Shown in pieces: positions 9,683-19,351 of a DNA stretch of 64,000 nt. The position numbers were made by a program, and so were the translations under genes. This DNA is from an uncultured archaeon (GTDB lineage Archaea > Thermoproteota > Nitrososphaeria > Nitrososphaerales > Gagatemarchaeaceae), in NCBI GenBank assembly GCA_963817525.1, contig CAWFOU010000001.1, positions 640,001-704,000 of the forward strand, written 5' to 3'. The notes below the pieces were generated by a model. The model was not told the origin of the DNA and ran no database searches. It was given only the letters and a program-made list of their open reading frames with translations. The stretch's first letter is position 1. Every line of letters starts with the position of its first letter.

Positions 9683-11449
9683 TCAGCTCAATCCGTCGGC
9701 GTACCTCTTCAGGGATAGCGCGCACTCCTTGAGCCCCTTCACGTCATTGTAGCTCTGTGGCTTGCCGTAAAGGACCTGATTTAGCTCGCGCGAGACGTCA
9801 GAGGCCGGCCCGATGTCCAAAAGCCCGCGGCCGGACAGGCTTGAGAGCTTCTCGAGCAGGGTTGAGCCGGGAGACAGGCCGTTGATGTTTCCGTAGATCT
9901 CAAGAGCAAGGACGAGCTGCTTAGCTACCTCTCGACTGTCGTCTGACTCGAGGCACAGCGCGAGGCACTTTTCAAGTTCCTCGACTCTCGCGTCCTTGGG
10001 CTTTGCGCTCTCAGTCAGACGAGCGGCTTGAACCCCTTGTCCCCGGACTGGTAGCCTCCCGACCAGGGAGGTCGAGACGGGGCTCGGCAGGTCAGGCCTG
10101 CCGTATTGAGAATGGGCAAGCTTCGCCAATGACAAGAAGACCACGACAGGAGAGGCGAGGAGAAGTGCGAGGAGCAGCCATCCCTCCGCCGAAAGGTAGT
10201 AGGCGTTTCCGATAGGGACGGAATGTCCTACGAGCCATCCGATGCTGGGAAACCTGAAGACATAGAAATCGAGCAGCGAGGCGACGGCAACGAGGGAGAC
10301 GAAGAGCTGGACCCCGAAAAGCGCCGATGCGGTCAGTTTGCTCTTCACTTGAGTGAAGATCAGGCCCTGCACGCAGACAATGGCGAGACCCTCGTAGATG
10401 GCGGCTCTTTGGTAGTTCCTGCCGTACTCAAAAGTCGAACCGGTCATTATCAAGTCCAATGCCACAAACAGGACCACCAAGGCGGTGAACGAATAGAGCG
10501 TCCTGTCGGACTCTCTGAGGTCGGCGTTTCGCGCAAAGGGTCCGCGCCAGATTGTGATTGCCAAAAAGCCGCCGACCGAAAAGACGAACAGGAGCACGTC
10601 GAGGGGTTGCTGAAGGGCGAATATCGAGTATATTGCGGAGGACGTTATCGACTGGTTGACGAACAGGTTGGTCAGGCCCATCCGCCCCGCGGCTGGGGAT
10701 GCGGCCGAAAGCTGCGTAGCCAAAGTGGCAATGTAGACCAAGTTCGTTATCACAAATGTAGCCGAGGCAGCCATCACGAGGAGGACAAGGTCGCGCGTCT
10801 TGGATCGAGCGTTACGTCCCTTTGGGACCAAGACGCCGAGCGCTATTACGAGTCCCGCCAATATGGGGTCCCAGCCCAGCTTGGAGCCCAGAGCGAGACC
10901 AAGGAATGCCCCGCACACCAGCACCGCGCTCTTGTTCCCCTTCATGTACCAGTAGAGCGCCATAAGGCTCGCCGCGGTGAACACCGCGAGGTACACATCC
11001 AGCCATGCCAGCATCGAGATTTCCACGTATCCAGGGACAGAAAACAGGAAGACGGCCGCGAGTACGGCCAGCAAGGGCTTCACCTCCAAGGCGAAATATA
11101 CGAGCGCCCCCACACCGAAGGAGCCTATCAAGAGAGAAGCCGACCGTGCCGAATCCAGCTCGTCGACCGTAAGGTGGGTGTTCCAAGGATTCTGGGGCGG
11201 CGGCAGCAGGTGGCCGGTCAGCGACATCACGATCCCCATTATTGTCTCTCCTGAGAATGGATGATTAGGTGCGGAGACGAAGACCTGCGAAGCCGGAATA
11301 CTCCCCGAGAGGAACGCAATGTTCTGCATCTCTCTGCCGATGTAGAATACTTCGTCCCCGTGCAGCTGATGCAGGACCACGCCGCTATAGAAGATGAGGA
11401 AGAAAAAGAAGGACGTGAGCGAAGCCGCGAATATCCGAGTGACCTTCAA
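9683..11449 (-). CDS. GT-C fold glycosyltransferase (PMT/ArnT-like)
   Basis: GDEVFY, NHPF, GLALGSK motifs and many TMs; soluble C-terminal extension. Confidence 0.7.
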   Translation of the reverse strand: MKVTRIFAASLTSFFFFLIFYSGVVLHQLHGDEVFYIGREMQNIAFLSGSIPASQVFVSAPNHPFSGETIMGIVMSLTGHLLPPPQNPWNTHLTVDELDSARSASLLIGSFGVGALVYFALEVKPLLAVLAAVFLFSVPGYVEISMLAWLDVYLAVFTAASLMALYWYMKGNKSAVLVCGAFLGLALGSKLGWDPILAGLVIALGVLVPKGRNARSKTRDLVLLVMAASATFVITNLVYIATLATQLSAASPAAGRMGLTNLFVNQSITSSAIYSIFALQQPLDVLLFVFSVGGFLAITIWRGPFARNADLRESDRTLYSFTALVVLFVALDLIMTGSTFEYGRNYQRAAIYEGLAIVCVQGLIFTQVKSKLTASALFGVQLFVSLVAVASLLDFYVFRFPSIGWLVGHSVPIGNAYYLSAEGWLLLALLLASPVVVFLSLAKLAHSQYGRPDLPSPVSTSLVGRLPVRGQGVQAARLTESAKPKDARVEELEKCLALCLESDDSREVAKQLVLALEIYGNINGLSPGSTLLEKLSSLSGRGLLDIGPASDVSRELNQVLYGKPQSYNDVKGLKECALSLKRYADGLS

Positions 11450-11729
11450 AACGATGCCCCTCGATAGGCCTACTCGCGCACCACCGCTGAAGATGTCCTG
11501 CCGCGTGCAATCCGGAACGGCATAACTCGACTAGCATCGCCCGGACCAGCTATTTTAGCCATAAGCAACCAGAAGAGAGATTGGGTCACCATTTTCCGCT
11601 AGCGGCGCACCGGCTTGCCGACTGAGGTGGGGGCCAAGGCGGGCCGCGCTTCAAAGACAAGGTCGCCGCTTTCACAAACCATATGGAGAGGGGCGACTTT
11701 GTGGGAAAGTCCTTGAGGAGCCTGATCGC

Positions 11730-13202
11730 TTGACGCTGTTTATCCTAGGTCTGGACGGCGCTTCGCTCGATAACCTCAAAGTGGCCATGAGCAGGATAGA
11801 CCTTCCGAATTTCCGGAAGATTCTGGCGATCGGTCAGCCATCCCCCCTCCGGTCGGCATATCCGTGCGTGACGGGTCCTGCCTGGACCAGCCTCTTCTCA
11901 GGAGTCAATCCGGGAAAGCACGGCATCTTCGACCAGTTCAGCTATCGAGGCGCCAACATCGTCCCCGCGAACATGCGAGAGACAAAGACCCCCCTGCTCT
12001 GGGACTATCTGACCTGGGCGGGGAAGCGGATCCTAGTTATGGGCGTGCCGTTCGTCTATCCGGCTCCGAAGGTCAACGGCATATTCGTCACCGGGACGTT
12101 TAGTCCTAAGCTCTCTTCTTATCCGGCAGACCTCGCACAGAAGTATGACCTGTCGGGGTTCGACTACGACAAAGTGACGGCAGAGCAGGCGTTCGAGACG
12201 ATATTGAAGTCCGGGTCCTTGCCATGGTCGGAGAAGGAGATAGGGCTCCTGAAGAGGAGGATGAAGGTGTGCTCTGAGCTGATCGATTCCGAGCCTTGGG
12301 ACGTCGTGATAATCGTAGACGCATTGCCCGACGAGATCTTTCACATCGCGGGTGGCAATACCCGGGTCGAGGACGAGATGTTCCACGGACTCGACGAGTG
12401 GATCGGGACCATCCTCTCAAGGATGAAGGAGGAGGACAACTTCTTGCTCGTCTCTGACCACGGGTTCTCTCCCATACGCGAGGTGGTGTTCATCAACGAG
12501 TGGCTTCGCTTGAAGGGGTATCTCCCGCAGAGTAGATCGGTCCGCACCAGGATGTTGTTCGGCCTCGGATTCAATTGGGACCTGTTCAGCCGCCCTGGGC
12601 CGACCAGCTGGGCGTACGCGTTCGCGCTCAGGCACTTTCCCGCCACCCTGAGCCGGTTGACCAACCCCCTGAGGAAGGAGCTGCTGCTGGAGAATCGCGC
12701 CACAGATGGGAAGGCGGGGGCTTTTGCTTTGAGCTCTGGCGGGCCCGTAGCTTGGGTAAGGGTCAAAGGGGGCAAGGGAGAGACCGCGACGGCGGTTGAA
12801 GAGTCCGTCATCAACGACCTCGGAGAACTGAAGAGAGCGGGAGTATTGAAGAACGTCTTCAGGGTGGACGAGCTGTATCGCGGCAAGTTCGTGCCGAAGG
12901 CGCCCGGCACCATCTTGATCGAGTCGGCCGACGGGCTCGCGATCGACACCCGACGGATGTTCACTGGGAAGACGATTGGAAGGCCCCTGCTGACGAAGAC
13001 CGGCGACCACAGGATGCACGGGATCTTTGTCTACGTGGGGAAGTCCGTCTTGGCCAAGGGTCTCGTGCCGCAGGTCTGCGACATAGCACCGACTGCGCTC
13101 GCGCTCCTGGATATACCCGCTCCCATGTACCTTGACGGAAGAAACCTGCTACGCGCTGACGGAGAGGAGGATTGGAAACTAAATGTACCCGAGACGCTTT
13201 AG
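11730..13202 (+). CDS. Alkaline-phosphatase superfamily protein (type I phosphodiesterase/nucleotide pyrophosphatase-like)
   Basis: ILGLDG, TGPAWTSLFSGVNPGKHGIFD, VSDHGF, GDHRMHG, DIAPT. Confidence 0.88.
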   Translation: MTLFILGLDGASLDNLKVAMSRIDLPNFRKILAIGQPSPLRSAYPCVTGPAWTSLFSGVNPGKHGIFDQFSYRGANIVPANMRETKTPLLWDYLTWAGKRILVMGVPFVYPAPKVNGIFVTGTFSPKLSSYPADLAQKYDLSGFDYDKVTAEQAFETILKSGSLPWSEKEIGLLKRRMKVCSELIDSEPWDVVIIVDALPDEIFHIAGGNTRVEDEMFHGLDEWIGTILSRMKEEDNFLLVSDHGFSPIREVVFINEWLRLKGYLPQSRSVRTRMLFGLGFNWDLFSRPGPTSWAYAFALRHFPATLSRLTNPLRKELLLENRATDGKAGAFALSSGGPVAWVRVKGGKGETATAVEESVINDLGELKRAGVLKNVFRVDELYRGKFVPKAPGTILIESADGLAIDTRRMFTGKTIGRPLLTKTGDHRMHGIFVYVGKSVLAKGLVPQVCDIAPTALALLDIPAPMYLDGRNLLRADGEEDWKLNVPETL

Positions 13203-13388
13203 GCGCTCGGTGACTGTCTTCGTGTCCTCCTTGTCGAGGTCCTCGGCAGGCTTTCCCATCGTCACTCGAAGCACGTACACGACGAATTCATCCACCGTCG
13301 AGAACCCCTTTCCTTGCAGGCTCTTCGTGATTTCGTCATGAAGCTCCTTCGGTATGCGCACGGCGACATCATCGGAGGGCTCCGACAA
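13179..13388 (-). CDS. Small CopG/ribbon-helix-helix protein ending ERLKRLGYI
   Basis: VAVRIPKELHDEI...GFSTVDEFVVYVLR RHH pattern; TTG start at 13388. Confidence 0.75.
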   Translation of the reverse strand: MSEPSDDVAVRIPKELHDEITKSLQGKGFSTVDEFVVYVLRVTMGKPAEDLDKEDTKTVTERLKRLGYI

Positions 13389-13486
13389 GTAATCTTTCGT
13401 CTGTTTCGCCGAGCGTATTTCTGCGTTGTGGATGCAGAACCTATTTCGATGCCGACCGCACGCCAACAAGGACCGGCCTGCGAAAG

Positions 13487-14917
13487 ATGAACAAGTTCGT
13501 CCCGGCGGCGGTCGCTCTCCTGGTGTCCGCGCCCTTCGTTATCAGGGGCTTTCCCTGGCTGTTGTTGTATCCCAACTCCTCACTGATGGTCCTATTCAAC
13601 CACGAAGCGCGCTTTGTCAGCTCCAGCCAGACTTTGGTCTTCTTCAACACGGTAGCGATACACAGCTTCTTCCCCCTGTCGTATGTCTTCGCGAGGGTGT
13701 TCTTCCTATACGTCCCGTCGCCGGTCCTGGTCGAGTTCGTATTCCCAGCGGCGATATCGTTCATCCTCTTGTCGGCGTTGGCCGTTTCATGGCTGAGGAA
13801 CCTTCCAAGCGAAGACTGGTACCTTTCGTGGTTCGCATTGGGCAGCCTGGCCCTATTGTACCTGATCGGGACGGCGGCCGCGTCTTCCCTCTGGTTCAGC
13901 AGCATAGGGCTCTGGGAGCTCCTGGTCTTTCTTTGCCTCTTGCGATACACGCGAGCGACCTCCCTTCAGAGTCCTTCAGTCTCCCTGATCGCGCTCCTTC
14001 TGTTGGCGTCGATGCTCCTTGGTGACGACGGTGTGGCGTTCCTCGCCGCTCTCCTCGCGCTGGTCATGCAGGCCGGTCTGCTGAGGAGAGACAGGATGCC
14101 CTATCTCAGGTGGGCCATGTTGTCGGTGATGATGTTCCTGTCCTACGAAGCTGCCATAGGATTCATCGGAGAGGTGTATTATGGATCATACCTCCCTGTG
14201 CTACGGTCACAGCTGAGCGACCTGCTGTCCTTCAACCTGCAGCTCTCGACGCACCTGAATTATCTGTCGCTGCCTGTGTATCAGACGGTCGGATCGGCGG
14301 TCGCGTTTTTCGCGATGTTCGTTGTCGTGCCGATTCTACTCCTTGGATACTCCCTCAGGAGGGGCTGGAAGATTACCAGCCTCTTGGTCCCGACGATGAT
14401 CCTCTTGGTAGGGGTCGCGCTGAGGTTGTCGAGCATAGTCACGGCAGAGCCCGCATACGTGGGAGCCCTCTACGAGTACGTTCTGTACCTGATGCTACCC
14501 ATATCAGTCCTCGCGGCGGTGCGTGCGAGGGTCGAGGGAGACAGGACGTTTGGGAGGGGGCAGATTCACCGATACGGCTATCTCTTCTTCGCCGTCGTGA
14601 GCGTCTGCGTCTTGGTCCTTGCGACTTTCCAGTTCAATCCGCTGGTCCCCACCGGGAGGATTGATGTGGTCACCGACTCCAGGGTGGAGCCCACCTATGT
14701 TCAGGCCGCAGGAGTGTACGCGAACAACTTCGGCCTGACCGCTCTGTCGACGGCAGAGATCGGAGATACCACCGTCCTCTTCGTGAACCCGTCGAATTTT
14801 ACTTCCAACTATGTCCTCACCAGCCCGCTTCCCTCCCCCTATCGTCTCCCGTTCAAGCTTACTTCCACTCAATCGCTATATTACACGAACGGTATCATCA
14901 TCGTAGTGAGCAAATAG
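13487..14917 (+). CDS. Multi-pass membrane protein (possible GT-C or polymerase)
   Basis: About 12 hydrophobic segments; C-terminus LYYTNG resembles that of the 1..930 protein; glycosylation-cluster context. Confidence 0.55.
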   Translation: MNKFVPAAVALLVSAPFVIRGFPWLLLYPNSSLMVLFNHEARFVSSSQTLVFFNTVAIHSFFPLSYVFARVFFLYVPSPVLVEFVFPAAISFILLSALAVSWLRNLPSEDWYLSWFALGSLALLYLIGTAAASSLWFSSIGLWELLVFLCLLRYTRATSLQSPSVSLIALLLLASMLLGDDGVAFLAALLALVMQAGLLRRDRMPYLRWAMLSVMMFLSYEAAIGFIGEVYYGSYLPVLRSQLSDLLSFNLQLSTHLNYLSLPVYQTVGSAVAFFAMFVVVPILLLGYSLRRGWKITSLLVPTMILLVGVALRLSSIVTAEPAYVGALYEYVLYLMLPISVLAAVRARVEGDRTFGRGQIHRYGYLFFAVVSVCVLVLATFQFNPLVPTGRIDVVTDSRVEPTYVQAAGVYANNFGLTALSTAEIGDTTVLFVNPSNFTSNYVLTSPLPSPYRLPFKLTSTQSLYYTNGIIIVVSK

Positions 14918-14952
14918 CGCCCGGGATGATCAATGCCGTCATCGCGAAGGCC

Positions 14953-16044
14953 CTAGTCCGGACCAACCGATGCGCTGTATAGCCGCGCCAGCTCGTCAGC
15001 GACCCGGTCCCAATCCATTATCCCGACCCGCGTGACCGGGGGCGACGCTGCGACCTGGGCGATGAGCTCGGCCAATCTCTGCAGGTCTATCGGGTAGTCT
15101 ATTCCGAAGCAGGTCTCGTCGTCGATCCACTCGGTGAGGGCGGATGTTCTCGAGACTATGCACGGCAGCCCTGAGGCCAAGGCCTCGGCGACCACGATAC
15201 CGAAGGCCTCGTACTTCGAGAGGAGGACGAATACGGCCGCGTGTCGATATCCGGCCAGAAGTTCTTCTCTGCTGAGCCCCTCAAGGAAGCGCACCCTGCT
15301 CGACACCCCAAGCCTTGCCGCCTCTCGCTCCAATTCCCGCTTGTACGGACCGGTCCCCACTACCTCCAAGGAGAAGGTGTTCGCCAGCCGGGCCAGGCTT
15401 CCCAAGAGGTATTGGATCCCTTTGTACTTCTCCAGCCGGGAGACGCAGAGTATCCTGAATTCACCCCGGGGGCGGGCCGTTCTCTCTTTGCGAGCGGGCT
15501 CGAACTCTAGCAGGTTCAGCCCATCCGGAATGAGGACGACCTTGCCTTGCTCCAGGCCGAAGTCCTCGAGGACGAGGTCCCTTTCGAAGTTGGAGACGGA
15601 TATGACACGGTCGGATCTTTCGAAAATCTGCCCGGCGTAGCGTCTCCAGGCGACGTGGAGGAGCCTCCTGAACAGGGTGTGTCCGGTCCCGTGATAGTGA
15701 GGGGTGAATACGAACCGCCCCCCTGCCTTTGATTGCGAAGCGTACAGCGAAGGCATCGCGTGGTAACTGTGTGCGTGGACGAGGTCGTAAATGGGGGAGT
15801 TCTTCCTGAGATAATCTCTCATCTCCCGGGAGAAGTAGTAGGCCTCTCCCGGCGCCCAGGACCGGAACCGAAGCACCCTCACGCCGTTTATGGTCTCTTG
15901 CTTGGCGAGACTCCCGGTCGGGTCGGTCGCTAGGACGTCGATGTCGAATCCCCTCTTCACCAGCCTCTCGCTCAAGGCTTGGACGTGGCTTTCGACGCCG
16001 CCTATGCTCGGATAATATCGGGGGCTGACCTGGGCGATTTTCAT
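14953..16044 (-). CDS. Glycosyltransferase family 4
   Basis: YYPSIGGVE, SRLEKYKG, EAFGIVVAEALASGLP. Confidence 0.92.
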   Translation of the reverse strand: MKIAQVSPRYYPSIGGVESHVQALSERLVKRGFDIDVLATDPTGSLAKQETINGVRVLRFRSWAPGEAYYFSREMRDYLRKNSPIYDLVHAHSYHAMPSLYASQSKAGGRFVFTPHYHGTGHTLFRRLLHVAWRRYAGQIFERSDRVISVSNFERDLVLEDFGLEQGKVVLIPDGLNLLEFEPARKERTARPRGEFRILCVSRLEKYKGIQYLLGSLARLANTFSLEVVGTGPYKRELEREAARLGVSSRVRFLEGLSREELLAGYRHAAVFVLLSKYEAFGIVVAEALASGLPCIVSRTSALTEWIDDETCFGIDYPIDLQRLAELIAQVAASPPVTRVGIMDWDRVADELARLYSASVGPD

Positions 16045-16179
16045 TGTCGAAGCATCATCTCAAGGCCGGGTACCGGGAAACGACCGGGCATCGTCTTTCG
16101 CACGGTTACTCTCTGCCAAGTCCTGGGCTCTATTTGACCGTTCGACGAGGGGTCCGGTCGCGCCAAGCGATCCCACGCA

Positions 16180-17112
16180 TTGCGCGCTGCCGCCTGGACC
16201 TGCCGCCGTTCGATAACGCCTAAATGCCTGTGCGCGAATAATCGCTCCATTGTGCGCTTCAGTCTGAGGTATGTCGGGGAGGTGGCGTATCTGTTCTCGA
16301 GATATCCGGCTGCGATCATTCAACTCGGGAAAGGCGCCGATAGCGCGGCCAGCTATATCGACCAATCGAGGATCCTGGAGTATTCGAGGAGCCCGGTCCT
16401 GAGTAAGCGCGCGTTCGGATTCGAAATTTTTCTGAACCCTTCCGACAAGGTTGGAGTGTCTCCGTCCATCGGAGTCACGGGCCTGTACGAGCCACACGTC
16501 ACAGAGTTTTACCGGGGTCTCCTTCGAAAGGGCATGGTAGTGGTCGACGTGGGGGCTAACGTCGGTTGGTACACGATGCTCGCCGCGAAGCGCGCGTCCA
16601 AAGTCGTCTCTTTCGAGCCAGACCCTCTGAGCTTCTCGCTCATGCAGAGGTCGATAGCAAGAAATCGCTTCTCTAACGTGACGGCCGTCCAGGCATGTGT
16701 GACTGACTCCGTCGGCTTTCAGAGGCTGTACCTGGCGACCGAAAACCTGGGAGGGCACTCGACCGTGCGACGGCCGGGCGACTCTTACATCGAGGTGCCG
16801 AGCACGTCCTTGGGCGTCGCCTTGGGGGAGATGGGAGTCGACCGGATCGGAATCCTGAAGATAGACGCGGAGGGAGCGGAACCTCAGGTGGTGCTCGGCT
16901 CCAAAGAGCTCCTACCCAGGGTGGAGAATGTGATCATGGAGTGGAACCCCGAGGCTTGGCAGAGTCACTCGGAGCTGCTCGACGAGCTCTCGAACCGATT
17001 TTCGCTCTATGAGCTGGTGAGGAACCCGTTCCTCTCGAGGCGAATATCGCGCGAGGACCTGTCCGGCCTCTCGACGACGAACCTCTATCTCCGGAGAAGG
17101 AGCGCCGAATGA
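16180..17112 (+). CDS. FkbM family methyltransferase
   Basis: VVDVGANVGWYT, FEPDP, LKIDAEGAE. True start probably somewhat downstream. Confidence 0.88.
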   Translation: MRAAAWTCRRSITPKCLCANNRSIVRFSLRYVGEVAYLFSRYPAAIIQLGKGADSAASYIDQSRILEYSRSPVLSKRAFGFEIFLNPSDKVGVSPSIGVTGLYEPHVTEFYRGLLRKGMVVVDVGANVGWYTMLAAKRASKVVSFEPDPLSFSLMQRSIARNRFSNVTAVQACVTDSVGFQRLYLATENLGGHSTVRRPGDSYIEVPSTSLGVALGEMGVDRIGILKIDAEGAEPQVVLGSKELLPRVENVIMEWNPEAWQSHSELLDELSNRFSLYELVRNPFLSRRISREDLSGLSTTNLYLRRRSAE

Positions 17113-17142
17113 CCCCCGAGGTCACGCTTGACCCCGCTTGCG

Positions 17143-17889
17143 TCAAAACTTTCTCCTGTTCGACCCCTGCATGTGCAAGCGGGAGGCTCTTACCACGCCG
17201 ACTCCCCAGGCTCTTCCGTTCGCCCCCATGAGCATCAAGGGGATGGCGAGAAGGGGCAATGCCCGATAAAACACCCTGATTAGAGCCGAGGGCTTCGCGT
17301 AGTCTAGCGCCTGCAGTATTCCCAGGGTTGTCCTTTCCTTGTACGCTACCTCCTCTGCGGCGTTCTCCGTGCGAGCGGTAGTGACGTACGTGTCCCTGCA
17401 AAAGCTGACGCTCCGTTTGAGCTCCATGGCCTTGAAGAGGAGGTACGAGTCCTCGGCCATGCACGGCGGGACCGGAAGCAGCGCGTCCAGCACTTTCTTG
17501 CGTATCAACATCAGCTCCCCGCTGGCGAATAGGTTGAGCCTCTCCCTGAGCGGGTCGGCGAAGGCGTAGAAGCTCCTTTGGGGCCCACCGTCGGGTCTCA
17601 CGGCGCAGTATACGAGGTCGAACTTGGAGGCCAGCCCGAGGGCGAAGCCCAGCTCGTGGATGGTCGTGTCGACGTCGTTGACCGCCACTATGTCCACTCC
17701 GTCAGGGACGAGCTCGCAGCCGAAGTTCACGGCGTCCCACTTGCCCTCAGGCTTCCTGAACGCGACGCCCTTCGCGCTCATCTCCTCGCCGCAAACAACG
17801 GCGTACGGGTAGCCGTACGACTCGAGCTCGCGGATCTTCGACTCGACCATCCGGTGGTCTCGAGCGAGGACGAGAAAGAACACGCTCAC
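17143..17889 (-). CDS. Glycosyltransferase family 2-like
   Basis: GKWDAVN, NDVD (DxD), AED motifs. Confidence 0.7.
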   Translation of the reverse strand: MSVFFLVLARDHRMVESKIRELESYGYPYAVVCGEEMSAKGVAFRKPEGKWDAVNFGCELVPDGVDIVAVNDVDTTIHELGFALGLASKFDLVYCAVRPDGGPQRSFYAFADPLRERLNLFASGELMLIRKKVLDALLPVPPCMAEDSYLLFKAMELKRSVSFCRDTYVTTARTENAAEEVAYKERTTLGILQALDYAKPSALIRVFYRALPLLAIPLMLMGANGRAWGVGVVRASRLHMQGSNRRKF

Positions 17890-17929
17890 GTCTGTCCCAC
17901 CAGCCAGAGCCTGCGGCGACGGTCCCGAG

Positions 17930-18931
17930 CTAGCGGCGCCCCAACGTCTTTCTGAGCTCGAGCATTATCCGGTTCTCGGACCTCTTGGTCAGGAGCGAGG
18001 CCAGTGAGACGACCGCGCCCTGGGTGGCGATGAGCAACAGCATGACGCCGAGCAGCGCGTAGCCGCTGTGCCAGATGCCCAGAGCCAGCTTCTCGTAGAG
18101 AGTCCATGTCAAGATGCCCGCCGCGGGGATGGCACACAGTGAGACCAAGGCGCCAAACAGCAGGAGCGGGTTGCAATAATAGGCCATCCAGAAAAGGGTG
18201 CCGATTATTCTTCCCCCGTCTCTTGGGCGGAGCTTTTGTGTACCTAGCCTTTCTCCGTAGCCTATGGGGACCTGTGTTATTCTCCCGGAAGATGCTATGG
18301 AGCCGGCTATCTCAACCTCGACGTCGAACGACGTCGATGTAATCTGCACCTCGCGCGCCTTTTCAGTCCTCAGCAGGTACATCCCCGAGAGGACGTCCGT
18401 TATCGGCTCTCCGAAGAGCAGCTTGAACGCCTTGCTGATGACCCAATTTCCGAACCTATTGACCTGCGGGATGTTCTGCCTGCCTTTCGTCCTGGCCCCG
18501 ATCACTTCGTCGAATTCGGCGGCGTAAGGGAGCAAACGGTTCACGTCCGCCGCGCTGTAGGTGTAATCTCCGTCCATCACCACCAGGTACGGAGTCGAGA
18601 CCGCGTCGAAGGCGGTGACGAGGGCGCCGGCCTTTCCGGGGCCGCGCTGCTGCAGCACCTCCGCCCCCTTTGACCGCGCGATCTCAAGGGTTCCATCGTC
18701 AGAATATCCATCCACCACCAGGATGTTGTCGTACCCCTTGCTTTTCAGGTCGTCGAGGACCTTGCCTATCGCTTCGCGTTCGTTGAGCACGGGGATGACG
18801 ACGGTCACCTGGTCTGGGGTGACGAACCCGTTCCTCTGCTGCAGCCGGAGGAAGGCCTTCCCGTTCGCATCTGACTGTGGGATCTCAAACTCCAGTTCTG
18901 CGGCTTGTTCGGCGGCCGTTGTCACGGTCAT
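17930..18931 (-). CDS. GT2 dolichol-phosphate glycosyltransferase (DPM1/AglJ-like)
   Basis: VVIPVLNE, VVDGYSDDGT, MDGDYTY, DVLSGM, two C-terminal TMs; ATG at 18931 preferred over 19024. Confidence 0.88.
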   Translation of the reverse strand: MTVTTAAEQAAELEFEIPQSDANGKAFLRLQQRNGFVTPDQVTVVIPVLNEREAIGKVLDDLKSKGYDNILVVDGYSDDGTLEIARSKGAEVLQQRGPGKAGALVTAFDAVSTPYLVVMDGDYTYSAADVNRLLPYAAEFDEVIGARTKGRQNIPQVNRFGNWVISKAFKLLFGEPITDVLSGMYLLRTEKAREVQITSTSFDVEVEIAGSIASSGRITQVPIGYGERLGTQKLRPRDGGRIIGTLFWMAYYCNPLLLFGALVSLCAIPAAGILTWTLYEKLALGIWHSGYALLGVMLLLIATQGAVVSLASLLTKRSENRIMLELRKTLGRR

Positions 18932-19116
18932 TATCGAGATGCACCGTTTGGACGGACGGCGATGATAGACCACCCCCCAAAGTCCGACCGAGAACGGTTT
19001 TGGAGAGGAATGAATCTCAGACACGGGCTACCATTCAGTAAACGCATGAGATACTCCATAGAATTCAATGTAAAAGCTCAAGCGCTATATATGGCTTCGC
19101 GAATTGGTTTCCATCT

Positions 19117-19134
19117 TTAGCATGTTTATGCTAA
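19117..19134. promoter_or_regulatory. Inverted repeat TTAGCAT-N4-ATGCTAA in an AT-rich divergent intergenic region
   Basis: Perfect 7-bp arms between the divergent GT2 and flippase genes. Confidence 0.35.
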
Positions 19135-19351
19135 TTTTTTCAGACCGCAAGAGCACTCCTGCGGATTCCGAGGAGGCTATCTTGTCCTAGCCCAAGACCA
19201 AGGTGAGGGCTGAAACCGAGCGTGGGAAGCGGCCTCCTTGTACTCGGACGAGGAGGCTTTCCCAAAGCGAATGGACCGACAAATTCAAGGTCGTAGTTGA
19301 ATAAACCTGATAAGGCCCGAACCGGACATTGCGCCAAGAGCGCATGAAAAC

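Noticed and set aside
11659-11700. Hairpin upstream of the phosphodiesterase-like gene as a riboswitch
   Set aside because: A single imperfect stem with no recognisable aptamer consensus.
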